A stretch of DNA of 64,000 nucleotides, taken from assembly GCA_963744145.1 (NCBI GenBank), contig CAVUSO010000001.1:2624001-2688000 (forward strand), written 5' to 3'. The notes beneath the pieces are model-generated. The model did no database searches, had not been told where the DNA came from, and worked only from the letters and a program-made list of their open reading frames with translations. Position 1 is the first letter of the stretch, and each line of letters opens with the position of its first letter. A program made the position numbers and the translations under genes. This document shows, one piece after another, positions 20,950-30,959 of the stretch. The stretch is from an uncultured cyanobacterium. Its GTDB lineage: Bacteria; Cyanobacteriota; Cyanobacteriia; Cyanobacteriales; CAWUOF01.

Positions 20950-21197
20950 TTTTTTAGGAGTTTTTTATATGTTCCTGGCAGGTTATGGACTCTGTTGGCA
21001 AATTGACTTGCGGAATGTGGGATGACCACTGGTTTCAGCCATCAATTCATACCTTGAATCAGCGACACCCCGAAAATTCATACTCAAAAAATATACTTTT
21101 CCGTACACACAATTATGTTTTTTTCTGCTAAGGAAATAAGCGCACTGTGGTTTGAGAAGGTAGCTGAATTGGATTCAATATTGATTACTTGATTGGG

Positions 21198-21503
21198 TCA
21201 TGCTACACCCAAGTTTTCGTTTTCAAGAAGACTAAGTAGTGGTGGATAAATCTTTGATTTATCGGTCGAAACCAGCACAAATATTACATTGTTCACTTCA
21301 GAGTTACGAATGTATTCGTGTAAAATAGCAAACGCTCTTGTAGTTAAGTAATGGGCGCTGCGAAGCAGAACTACACACTTTCTCGCTCTGTTTTCTGCGA
21401 GAATTTGTTGTATTTCAATGAGCAACCGCTCCACGTCAAGAGCTTCGTAGCCGTCGTTGATAGCGTCAAAGTCTATTACTTGGTCGCATAAAAAAGATGT
21501 CAT
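21198..21503 (-). CDS. Small protein resembling a degenerate clamp-loader (DnaX/HolB) AAA+ fragment
   Basis: KCVVLLRSAHYLTTRAFAIL…VIFVLVSTDKSKIYPPLLS aligns by eye with the DnaX KVYxIDExHML..AFNAL…VVFVLATT.P.K...TI.SR segment. Confidence 0.5.
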   Translation of the reverse strand: MTSFLCDQVIDFDAINDGYEALDVERLLIEIQQILAENRARKCVVLLRSAHYLTTRAFAILHEYIRNSEVNNVIFVLVSTDKSKIYPPLLSLLENENLGVA

Positions 21504-21691
21504 TCTTCCTCCCGGTTATTTGGTTCACTTTCGTTAACTTTTTCAAAAGTTCCGTCTGCCCGCCGCCGCCAACCGTCTACGATTACGTCATCTTCGGGAT
21601 TACGAGGCTTTGATGGGTCGCGCCAGTCATAATTATTTTTTCCCTTGGATGGAGCTGGTTTTTGGATGGGGTTTTCTTTTTCACTGTTCAA
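21500..21691 (-). CDS. Small hypothetical protein
   Basis: 63-aa hydrophilic ORF with GAGGAG RBS, ATGA-coupled to the 101-aa ORF. Confidence 0.45.
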   Translation of the reverse strand: MNSEKENPIQKPAPSKGKNNYDWRDPSKPRNPEDDVIVDGWRRRADGTFEKVNESEPNNREEE

Positions 21692-21842
21692 TGCGATTAC
21701 TCCTCATGCGGCTCCTTCTTTTTGTTTACTATCGGAGGAGACAATATACAAACAGCAATGTTTCAGCTTGCAGGAGACTCGATAGCTTTTTTATCTTCGA
21801 TACTATACAGTATAAACTTTTTCAAGCAATACTTCCGACACT

Positions 21843-22052
21843 TTATTCTAGAAATTGACTGTCAATTAGAAAGGTTCCCTGACTAAAGCGAACGCTCCAG
21901 TAACCACCGGGACGTTGATCGATGACAATCCCTTCTTCCCCGAGATGGATCACCGTTGGGGGACGTAACATGGGCATAGAATCGGCAGTTTTGACATACT
22001 GGGGTAAAGCAATTACTCGTACTTTCTTACCCACAGCAAATTCTTTAGACAT
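21843..22052 (-). CDS. sipA: Regulatory protein SipA (NblS-interacting, DUF3148)
   Basis: LPQYVKTADSMPMLRPP…GEEGIV…RPGGYWSVRF SH3-like signature; start at MSKEF. Confidence 0.9.
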   Translation of the reverse strand: MSKEFAVGKKVRVIALPQYVKTADSMPMLRPPTVIHLGEEGIVIDQRPGGYWSVRFSQGTFLIDSQFLE

Positions 22053-22107
22053 ATATAGTCGATCGGTAATAGTTTTGAATAGGATAGTGAAGATGTCTTT
22101 TTGTTGT

Positions 22108-22130
22108 GGGACAGACAAGATGTCTGTCCC
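22108..22130. repeat. REP-like palindrome
   Basis: GGGACAGACAAGATGTCTGTCCC; compensatory variant of the 10031 element. Confidence 0.65.
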
Positions 22131-22159
22131 CTAAATTGCTCAGACAATTGATGATCTGG

Positions 22160-23188
22160 TTAAGGTGTTTGCCAAATTCGCTGATGGTATTCGTCTAAAT
22201 TGGCATAAGGATCTTCAGCCGGATGGGAATGATCATGGTGATGGTGATGACCATTGACCTGCTCATGGTGGTGATGATGATGTCCCCGATCGCTGATCTG
22301 TTCAAGAGCAGTTAAGCGGAATTTACACATTTCACAGTTCATCTGAACTTGTCCTAGTTGGGTCTCAATTTCTCGATCGCGCACGAGAGCAAGGAGCTGG
22401 GGTTGAATTCCCATTTCTGGTAAACAAATAGAGGAAATTTCTGGGTATTGTTCTTGCTGTTGGGCTGTAATATCAAAGATTTTTTTCACCAGTAATCCGG
22501 TAAACAGAAAATATGGTAAAACAATGATGCGTTTAGGTTGGTAAAGACGGGCACGTCGAAATCCTTCTTCTAAACGAGGATGGGTAATCCCAATAAAGCA
22601 AGTTTCTACAGTCAAGTAACCACTACCTTCCCACAACACTCGCGCTAGTTTGTACACATCCCCATTAGCATCAGGATCACTAGCACCTCGTCCGACAAAT
22701 AATAAGACAGTTTCCGAACGAGCGATCGCTTGAGGATTGGATTGGGGTTGATCTAATTCTGCTAAACGAGCTTTCCACAAATCGAGAATAGCTGGAGTAA
22801 TCCCAAAATGTCTACCATAATGAAACTTAATCTGAGGATGACGTTGTTTGGCTCGATCGAGTTCATTGGTCACATCAAATTTATTATGTCTTGCCGCAAA
22901 TAGCAACACTGGAAGCGCAGAAATTTCTGTATATCCTGCTTCTACACATTGATCTATTCCTGTCTGAATACTCGGATCGGTTAGTTCCAGAAAACAGGGA
23001 ATTACGGGACGAGATGAATCTAAAGCTTGGTAGGTAGCGACAAAATCTAGGAAAGTTTGTCTTCCATCCCGATCGCGAGTCCCATGACCAATCATTAATA
23101 ACGGACGCAGGAGCGGTAAAGCTGGTAATCGGAGGGATGGGTTAACTGGGACTAAGGTAGATAAATCGACGGAATTTACAATGGACAT
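22160..23188 (-). CDS. cbiX: Sirohydrochlorin cobaltochelatase CbiX
   Basis: [26 protein letters not shown] Fe-S motif and His-rich C-terminal tail. Confidence 0.93.
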   Translation of the reverse strand: MSIVNSVDLSTLVPVNPSLRLPALPLLRPLLMIGHGTRDRDGRQTFLDFVATYQALDSSRPVIPCFLELTDPSIQTGIDQCVEAGYTEISALPVLLFAARHNKFDVTNELDRAKQRHPQIKFHYGRHFGITPAILDLWKARLAELDQPQSNPQAIARSETVLLFVGRGASDPDANGDVYKLARVLWEGSGYLTVETCFIGITHPRLEEGFRRARLYQPKRIIVLPYFLFTGLLVKKIFDITAQQQEQYPEISSICLPEMGIQPQLLALVRDREIETQLGQVQMNCEMCKFRLTALEQISDRGHHHHHHEQVNGHHHHHDHSHPAEDPYANLDEYHQRIWQTP

Positions 23189-23237
23189 CTATGAAAAATC
23201 CTTTCCTGTGCGACGCAGGAAGTATATTTTGGTAGCA

Positions 23238-23340
23238 ACAGGTAGGTATTCTGGCTGACGAGCCTATTATACATAGACTGCGTTTACAGCTGCGGCACAG
23301 CCTCGGAATTACACCGATGTTTCCCTACCTTTTAGTGATC
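23238..23340 (-). ncRNA. Cobalamin (B12) riboswitch
   Basis: Minus strand reads AGGGAAacatcGGTGtAATTCCgaggCTGtgCCGCAgCTGTAA…AGCCAGAatACCT (B12 box) directly upstream of cbiX; hairpin TTCCTG..CAGGAA overlaps the RBS region. Confidence 0.85.
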
Positions 23341-23638
23341 TTAACTTATTTAAGATTTAATTAATATAGTGGACTGGGTGATAATTGTCAGTTTGTAGTA
23401 AAAATTATTTCCTGATCATGGTGCGATCGTATTAGTTGGTGGTAAAAATTAGATCTTAATTATGGTGCGATAAATTTTTTAATTCAATCCTTTTTTTTGA
23501 ATTTTACTATAATTTCTCTACCAATAACTAAAATTAAATTAACCTTAGTAGGATCTTAACTAATGGATTGAAAGTTCCTAACAAAGACTGTCCTAAACTA
23601 GATAGGTGGAATCAAATCTAGAAAAGTAGTAGTGAATT

Positions 23639-26003
23639 ATGCTCGATATCAAAGATTTATTTGATGTTAACTATTATTTGGCTCATAATCCAGATGTAGC
23701 AGCCAAAATCAAACCCGGGGATTTTAATGCTGCATTAAAACACTTTGAACAATATGGTCAATATGAAGGTCGTGACCCTGGTGAGTTCTTTAACACCAGT
23801 TTTTATTTACAAAACAACTCTGATGTAGCTGCTGCGGTTAAAGCTCATAAAACTACAGCAATTGAACAGTTTATCCAAAATGGTCAATTTGAAGGTCGCG
23901 ATCCGATTACTGAATTTAACACCAACTATTATTTGCAAAAAAAATCCTGATGTAGCTCTTGCACTGAGCAAAAATAACAGCACCACCAAAGATCCAATTA
24001 CGGGAATAGAACACTTTATAGAATTTGGTCAATACGAGAATCGTCAGATTAGCGCGAAGTTTAATGCTACTCTATATTTGCAAAAAAATCCTGATGTAGC
24101 TAAAGCAGTTTCCTTTGGAGGATTAAGCGCTATTAAACATTACCTAGAATTTGGTAAACAAGAAGGTCGTTCCCCAGTAGGACACAATGTACTGATTTTT
24201 GTTGCTGACGGTTTACGAGAAGGTTCGGTTAATCCTGTAGACTCCCCAACTCTCTGGTCAATTAGACAAAATGGAGTTAATTACGTCAATAGTCATGCTC
24301 TGTTCCCAACCTTTACTACTCCTAATGCTTCCGCGATCGCAACCGGACATTATTTAGGAGATACGGGAGATTTCAGTAATACTGTTTATGCTGGTTCTCC
24401 GGTTCCTAATGCTGGTGGTAGTGTCACACCTTTCATTGAAAGTGATCCAGTTTTGTCAGATATCGATGAAAAATTTCCTGGTCTAAACTTCCTGGATGAA
24501 CAAACTTTACTAGCAACAGCACGTCAAGATGGATATAGTACAGCTGCGGTTGGTAAACTCGGTCCGACTTTAATTCAAGATGTTACTCAAGGAAATCAAG
24601 TGAATGGGGTAGCTCCACCACCACAAACTATCATTATTGATGATAATACAGGAACGGCAGGTGGAGTACCATTAAATTCAGATATTACAGCCAGGTTAAA
24701 TGCCGCGGGGTTACCTCTAGTCACCACACCACGTAACCAACCTTCAGGAACTAATACCACACCAGGAACTCTGAGTGCTAATATTGGTCAGCAACAATAT
24801 TTTGCTGATGCAACGACGAAAGCAGTTCTCCCCCTATTTAAAGATCAGGGAAATCCATTTGTCATGGTGTATTGGTCTCGTGATCCAGATGGAACTCAGC
24901 ATAATAATGGAGATAGTTTAAATACTTTGACTCCAGGTATTAATGGTCCGACTTCTAAAGCTGCAATTAAAAATGCAGATAATAATCTGAAGCAGATTAT
25001 GGATACTTTAAATGCTGAAGGGTTACTAGCTACTACAGATATATTTGTAACTTCAGATCACGGATTTTCAACCATTAGTAAACAACCTGTAAATGCTCAA
25101 GGTACTTCAACAACTAGCTATGCAGCATCTCTTTCCTATTCTGGTGTGAATAAGGGATTTCTACCCAATGGTTTTGTCGCAATTGATCTAGCTAAAGGAT
25201 TAAATCAACCATTATTTGATCCCGATAAAGCGATTACTCCTCTAGCAAATGGTGGAATACAGTATGCTAGTGTTGATCCAACTAAAGGACAAAAACCTGT
25301 AGCTGGAGATGGTTTAATTGGTGGTACTGGAAAAGTAGCCAATAGTAAAACCGATGCTCAAGTTGTAGTTGCAGCTAATGGTGGTTCGGATCTAATTTAT
25401 ATCCCTAGTGGAGATAAAAATATTGCTACACAAGTAGTGAATCTTTTATCTCAACAGGATTATGTGAGTGGAATTTTTGCTGATGATGCTTTCGGACCTA
25501 TTGCTGGTTCATTACCTTTGAGTAGTGTAGGATTGAAAGGATCAGCAATTACTCCGATTCCAGCCATTGTAGTCAACTTCAGAACGTTTTCCGTTGATCC
25601 CAATAATCCGATTCAAACTACGGTTGAAGTAGCTGATTCTGGACTACAACAAGGACAAGGTATGCACGGTTCCTTCGCACGTTCCGATACTTACAATAAT
25701 ATGGCAGCGATCGGTCCTGACTTTAAGCAAGCTTATACCGATACAGCCCCAGTTAGCAACGCGGATATCGCGGTTACCCTGGACAATATTCTTGGTTTAC
25801 CACTTTCTAAGAATGGAAATTTAATTGGTCGAGTTGCGACTGAGTCCGTTGTCGGTGGACCAAATAGTACAGTTTCCACTTCGGGTACTTTACAATCTAC
25901 TCCTGCGGCTAATGGTTTAGCAACTGTTCTCAAATATCAAACCGTTGGTAATAATCAATATTTTGATGCAGCAGGTTTCCCTGGTAGAACTGTTGGACTC
26001 TAA
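23639..26003 (+). CDS. Alkaline phosphatase / nucleotide pyrophosphatase superfamily protein with N-terminal YL..NPDVA repeats; frameshifted at A8 tract 23937-23944
   Basis: ORFs 23639-23950 and 23862-26003 join if one A is removed; FVADGLR, PTFTTPN, DPDGTQH, TSDHG and GMHGS motifs. Confidence 0.82.
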
Positions 26004-26030
26004 ATATTTGTGACTTAATTAAAAACCAAA

Positions 26031-26057
26031 AACCAGGTAGCTAAAAACTACCTGGTT
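26031..26057. terminator. Bidirectional hairpin between convergent genes
   Basis: AACCAGGTAG-7 nt-CTACCTGGTT with A/T-rich flanks. Confidence 0.7.
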
Positions 26058-26084
26058 GATTTAATTAACTACTTCTCAAGGGAA

Positions 26085-27164
26085 CTATACAGCTACAGCT
26101 TTCTTAGCAGTAGAACTTAGTTCACCTTTAGCATACTTAACCGCAAACTCATCTAGAGATACTTGCTTAATCTTAGTCCCATAACCAGCAGCACCAAAAG
26201 ATTGATAGCGATCGGCACAAACCTTCTGCATATATTTAATGGAAGGTTTCAAGAAATGACGCGGATCAAATTCTTCTGGTTTAGCAAATAAAGCTTCACG
26301 GACAGCAGCAGTAATCGCGAGACGGTTATCGGTGTCGATATTTACCTTCCGAACACCACTCTTAATCCCTTTTTGGATTTCTTCTACAGGTACACCGTAG
26401 GTTTCACGGATTTTACCACCATTCTTGTTAATAATCGCTAGTAACTCTTCTGGTACAGAAGAAGAACCGTGCATAACTAAGTGAGTATTTGGTAAGCGAC
26501 GGTGAATTTCTTCAATCCGACTAATTGCCAAAATTTCACCAGTAGGTTTGCGAGTAAACTTATAAGCACCATGACTGGTCCCGATCGCTACTGCTAAAGC
26601 ATCTACTTGAGTTTGTTCAACAAAATCCACAGCTTGGTCAGGATCAGTTAGTAGTTGATCATGGGATAATACACCTTCAGCACCATGACCATCTTCCTTG
26701 TCACCCATTCCGGTTTCCAGAGAACCCAAACAACCTAGTTCACCTTCTACGCTTGCACCAACTGCATGGGCAACTTCTACTACTTCACGAGTAACGCGAA
26801 CATTATACTCATAGCTAGCAGGAGTTTTTGCATCTGCTTCCAGAGAACCATCCATCATCACACTGGTGAATCCTTGACGAATTGCTGAATAGCAAGTGCT
26901 AGGAGCATTACCATGATCTTGGTGCATAGCAATGGGGAGATGAGGATAGGTTTCCACCGCAGCCAAAATTAGATGACGCAGGAAGTTTTCTCCCGCGTAG
27001 TTCCGCGCACCACGGGAAGCTTGGATAATCACCGGGCTGTTCGTCTCATTGGCCGCTTGCATGATCGATTGGATCTGCTCCATGTTATTCACATTGTAAG
27101 CGGGAAGTCCGTAACCGTTTTCAGCAGCGTGATCAAGCAGCAAGCGCATGGGTACGATCGCCAT
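26085..27164 (-). CDS. fbaA: Fructose-bisphosphate aldolase class II
   Basis: [37 protein letters not shown]. Confidence 0.98.
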   Translation of the reverse strand: MAIVPMRLLLDHAAENGYGLPAYNVNNMEQIQSIMQAANETNSPVIIQASRGARNYAGENFLRHLILAAVETYPHLPIAMHQDHGNAPSTCYSAIRQGFTSVMMDGSLEADAKTPASYEYNVRVTREVVEVAHAVGASVEGELGCLGSLETGMGDKEDGHGAEGVLSHDQLLTDPDQAVDFVEQTQVDALAVAIGTSHGAYKFTRKPTGEILAISRIEEIHRRLPNTHLVMHGSSSVPEELLAIINKNGGKIRETYGVPVEEIQKGIKSGVRKVNIDTDNRLAITAAVREALFAKPEEFDPRHFLKPSIKYMQKVCADRYQSFGAAGYGTKIKQVSLDEFAVKYAKGELSSTAKKAVAV

Positions 27165-27359
27165 ATATATTTCTCCTAAGTTTTTGGTCTTGGTCAGTCA
27201 GTTGCTTTGAGGCAATGTCTAATAATTAGAATAATCTTAAGATATTTTGCCTCCAATTCAGATCTGACATTTTGGCAATAATATATTTCCGGTCATTTCA
27301 CCTGAAATTATTTTGGCGTTGCTTAATCAGGATATGAAAATAGATAATGGGGAAATCCC

Positions 27360-27403
27360 GTAGGGGCGTATTGCAATAGGGGCGTATTGCAATACGCCCC
27401 TAC
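27360..27403. repeat. GTAG-type REP palindrome with internal 16-bp tandem duplication
   Basis: GTAGGGGCGTATTGCAA-TAGGGGCGTATTGCAA-TACGCCCCTAC immediately 3' of tRNA-Lys. Confidence 0.75.
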
Positions 27404-27406
27404 GAA

Positions 27407-27478
27407 TGGGTCGCCCGGGATTCGAACCCGGAACTAATCGGTTAAAAGCCGAGTACTCTACCTTTGAGTTAGCGACCC
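27407..27478 (-). tRNA. tRNA-Lys (TTT)
   Basis: Minus strand GGGTCGC…CTCGG-CT-TTT-AA-CCGAT…GGTTCGAATCC…GCGACCCA. Confidence 0.97.
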
Positions 27479-27621
27479 AAAATCCAGTAAATTGCGTTTT
27501 TTCAAACCTTTGTAATCTTATCACATATTTTTAAAAAAACGCAACCTTTTTAGCAAAATTTCTGGCAAGGTTTTTGGTGAGCCCCAGGGGAGGCATGGCC
27601 ATCTGCCCCGATCGGGGTGAG

Positions 27622-28779
27622 TTATTCTTTCAGGAGTAAGTAATATAGTTGACCTGGACCACCAGTTACTCCCGCTCGATCGCCAGCTAATTCCCCTGTG
27701 CCCATATAATAATCTACTCTCCCTGGTCCTTTAATGGCACTACCTGTATCTTGGTCAAGCACATAACGACTGACGAGACGATAATTCATCTTCCCTGATT
27801 TATTCGGAAAGGGAATTTCAGTTTGCATCACAGCCAAAGCACCTGGGGGCATTAAGGATTTATCTGTGGCTATAGATCTTTCCGCTGTCACAGGAACACC
27901 GAGACTACCTGTGGGTGATGCACTATGAGTTTCTTGAAAAAAGATAAAGCGCTCATCCCGGGGAATGTAGTTGTTCAGTTCCGTCGGATGTTCCTGAAAA
28001 TACTTGGTCATGACGGGAATGGTCAATCCACTTAAGGGCAATTTGCCATCTTTGGCTAATTCTCGCCCAATACTGGTATAGGGATAATCGGTGGCACCAC
28101 CGAAACCCACAGCCATAGTGGTGCCATCTGTCAACTGCAATTTAGCTGAACCCTGCACTTGCACTAGAAAAGCTTCCAGGCGATCGCGCAACCAGACTAT
28201 TTCCAATCCGCGTAATCGATCGTTATGTAAACCATCGTACCCTTCTAATTCTACTCTCGACTGGGATTGCCAATTTTCAAAGCCCGGTGTTCGATAGAGG
28301 GGATAGCGATATTGAGCCGTAGGGACCCGACTAGCGCTATGTACTGGTTGATAGTAAGCTGTGAACAAAACATTGCCTGAGCTATCCTGACCCACCGAGC
28401 GATAAAATGTAAAATCCCGTTTGACCGCAGCTTGGAGCGCCCCTGGTGAGGTTGAAGTAAGAACTAATTGACGAAAGTGTTGTAAACTGCGGAGAACGCG
28501 ATCGCGAGTGATATCACCAATGGGATAGTAATCTGCGGCGCTAGGAGTTTGCAAATAACGCAAACTATTATCTATAGAAGTCAACAGAGCTTGTCGATCG
28601 CCTGGCTCACCAGCTTGTCCCCAGATCCGGTCATCTAGTCCCAGTTGCTGGACCTTCTTGGATAGGTCAGATTGATCTACAGCTACAGGTTCAAGCGGAT
28701 AATCGGCTTGAGCGGGCAATTGGGGCACTATAGATAATATGCTCAGATTGAAAACAAGGAAAGCAAGGGTTTTTTTCAT
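27622..28779 (-). CDS. mltA: Membrane-bound lytic murein transglycosylase A
   Basis: FTAYYQP, FLVQVQGS, SIATD, DQDTGSAIKGPGRVDYYMG (3D domain); signal peptide. Confidence 0.93.
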   Translation of the reverse strand: MKKTLAFLVFNLSILSIVPQLPAQADYPLEPVAVDQSDLSKKVQQLGLDDRIWGQAGEPGDRQALLTSIDNSLRYLQTPSAADYYPIGDITRDRVLRSLQHFRQLVLTSTSPGALQAAVKRDFTFYRSVGQDSSGNVLFTAYYQPVHSASRVPTAQYRYPLYRTPGFENWQSQSRVELEGYDGLHNDRLRGLEIVWLRDRLEAFLVQVQGSAKLQLTDGTTMAVGFGGATDYPYTSIGRELAKDGKLPLSGLTIPVMTKYFQEHPTELNNYIPRDERFIFFQETHSASPTGSLGVPVTAERSIATDKSLMPPGALAVMQTEIPFPNKSGKMNYRLVSRYVLDQDTGSAIKGPGRVDYYMGTGELAGDRAGVTGGPGQLYYLLLKE

Positions 28780-29033
28780 TCAGCGTAGTCTCGCTCAACA
28801 CTAGAGGTATAAACTGGTTCCACCCTGATGGCAAGTATAGAAGCAGGACGAACGACCATATACTCACCTTGAACATTTTTGATGGGTACACTGATAAAGT
28901 CGTTGGAACCGCTTTTTGGTACTAATTCTGCGCTGTACCATTTCTGAAAATCTTGGATGGTGAGAAAACTAACTTTTTCCCGATGACCACCTTGGATCAT
29001 GATATGTACAGCAAATTCAGTCGGTTTAGGCAT
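28776..29033 (-). CDS. Small hypothetical protein
   Basis: 85-aa ORF, ATGA-coupled to mltA, globular composition. Confidence 0.75.
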   Translation of the reverse strand: MPKPTEFAVHIMIQGGHREKVSFLTIQDFQKWYSAELVPKSGSNDFISVPIKNVQGEYMVVRPASILAIRVEPVYTSSVERDYAE

Positions 29034-29174
29034 AATGGAAAATTATTTTAACTACTTCGACACTATTGTCAACTACCCGGAACATTAAGGGAATGGGTTG
29101 ACCCAAAAAAATTTTGTTGATCGCTGTTCTGAAGAATTTATTCTGAACCTACCAGATTGGTCGCGACCAGTCCG

Positions 29175-30956
29175 TTAATTTTTTAAATAAAATTCATCAA
29201 ACTTGATCACTTTACCTCCCACCACTTGGGTATCAAAACGATAGCTGCTGACTGTACCTGTGGCTGTTTCCAAAATACTAAACGCTGTAATATCATTACT
29301 GGCAATATAGGGCAGGGGATTGCCATTTTCATCCAGTAGTGGTGCAATACTAGGCATAATCGGTAATAACCCATTGCCATCACCAACTGCTACATATTCT
29401 TCTTGATAATCAGTGGGAACTCTCCGTTGATTATTACCGACATGAGCCCCGTAGGAATTACCCACATTGGAACTTTCTAAAAAGTGCATCCCCTGGTCAC
29501 TGACAAACCGATTCCACAAATGAGAATGACCATAGAATACTAATTGAACTCCTGCTGATTCTAATAAAGGTATTATATCACGAATAATATAATCATCAGC
29601 TCGCGGATATTCATAACGAATTGCTACAATTGCACCTGATTGATCGCGATCGATGACTTGAATTGGATCGGTATAAGCAGGAACAATGTTTTCTCCTAAA
29701 GAATGGGGAGGATGGTGAAACATGACAATTTTATATTTAGCTTGTTGAAATTCTGGACTATTTAACTCTCCTACTAACCAGTTATATTGTTTGCTACCTG
29801 CTTGAATTGGTTCAAAAATATGCTGTCCATAACCTAATTCACTCGGATGCTGAAAATTTTCGATCGGATCGGTATATTTTCCTCTAGTATGGGGACTGAT
29901 TTCTGGCGATCGCCAAATATTAGTAATATATAAGACTACTAATCGGATATCGCCAAAAGTGACCGCATAATAATTGTTTTCCTCTTGCTCGGTTTGGGGA
30001 AGATGAAAAATTTCGTTACAAGTAATACTATTAAAAGAATTATCTCTAATCCAATTTTTCTTTTCTTCAGGAGTGAGATTTAATTGGGAAGCTTGTTGTG
30101 CATATAATTCTTCTGCAACTCTGATCGGAATAGCTTGATACTGTTTATCTATTTCCTGTTCATCGGAAAATCGTCCCATCACTTCATGATTACCAACCGC
30201 AATAAATAAAGGTGCAGATTGAATGATGGCACTACCAGTATAAATGGTTTTAACTCCATTCTTTTCTAATTCATAATGAGCATGACCTTGGAGATTGGGA
30301 AAAAAAGCATTACCGCGCTGATCATCAAACCATTCCGAAGCGCGATCGGGAGCATTAACTAAATCAGCAGCAAAGAAAACAGCATCAATCTTACCGACTG
30401 TTTCCGTGACTTTCTGGAGATTAGCACTAGTCATCGGTTTTAATTGATGATCAGAAGTTAGTAAGATTTTCAGTGCTGTACCTGGTGTGGGTGCGGGTGC
30501 TAAATTAAATATATCACTCTTGACAATTTGATTATTGTCTGATATACTAACTACTTGATAAGGAAGATTTGAGCCAGGTACAAGTCCCGTCACCTCCCCT
30601 TCATGACGCCAAATATTTCTTAATGTGGGTTTTTGGTAAATTTGTCCATTGGTAATTTGTTCACCCACAAAGGATTTTTGATCTTCACGGACACGACTTA
30701 ACTTGGTAGTAGTCGCGATCGCAGTTTTTGCTAGTTCTGGACCATAAACAATCTGATGATTTTGACCAGCAAATTCCGTAAACCAAACTACCTTAACTGA
30801 GGTTGAGGTGGGAAATTGCAGAAAGGGATCGGTAAGCAGATGGATGGTCGATTCCATAGAAATTACTTTCCTTGTTAGTCTATTGTCTAAGGATGTGAAG
30901 CATAAGATCACAACTAATAATGTAGCCAAAATTGGTAGGAAAGACTTATGCACCAT
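29175..30956 (-). CDS. Metallophosphoesterase (purple-acid-phosphatase-like, FN3-type N-terminus)
   Basis: TSDHQ, AADLV, GNHE, FHHP and GHSH calcineurin-like motifs; N-terminal hydrophobic segment. Confidence 0.87.
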   Translation of the reverse strand: MVHKSFLPILATLLVVILCFTSLDNRLTRKVISMESTIHLLTDPFLQFPTSTSVKVVWFTEFAGQNHQIVYGPELAKTAIATTTKLSRVREDQKSFVGEQITNGQIYQKPTLRNIWRHEGEVTGLVPGSNLPYQVVSISDNNQIVKSDIFNLAPAPTPGTALKILLTSDHQLKPMTSANLQKVTETVGKIDAVFFAADLVNAPDRASEWFDDQRGNAFFPNLQGHAHYELEKNGVKTIYTGSAIIQSAPLFIAVGNHEVMGRFSDEQEIDKQYQAIPIRVAEELYAQQASQLNLTPEEKKNWIRDNSFNSITCNEIFHLPQTEQEENNYYAVTFGDIRLVVLYITNIWRSPEISPHTRGKYTDPIENFQHPSELGYGQHIFEPIQAGSKQYNWLVGELNSPEFQQAKYKIVMFHHPPHSLGENIVPAYTDPIQVIDRDQSGAIVAIRYEYPRADDYIIRDIIPLLESAGVQLVFYGHSHLWNRFVSDQGMHFLESSNVGNSYGAHVGNNQRRVPTDYQEEYVAVGDGNGLLPIMPSIAPLLDENGNPLPYIASNDITAFSILETATGTVSSYRFDTQVVGGKVIKFDEFYLKN

Positions 30957-30959
30957 GAT

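Noticed and set aside
20841..21029. 62-aa ORF
   Set aside because: Antisense to tRNA-Ser
20900..21842. attL/attR duplication of the tRNA-Ser 3' end
   Set aside because: No second copy of the tRNA 3' sequence and no integrase seen in the window
27327..27524. 65-aa ORF
   Set aside because: Overlaps tRNA-Lys and the REP palindrome
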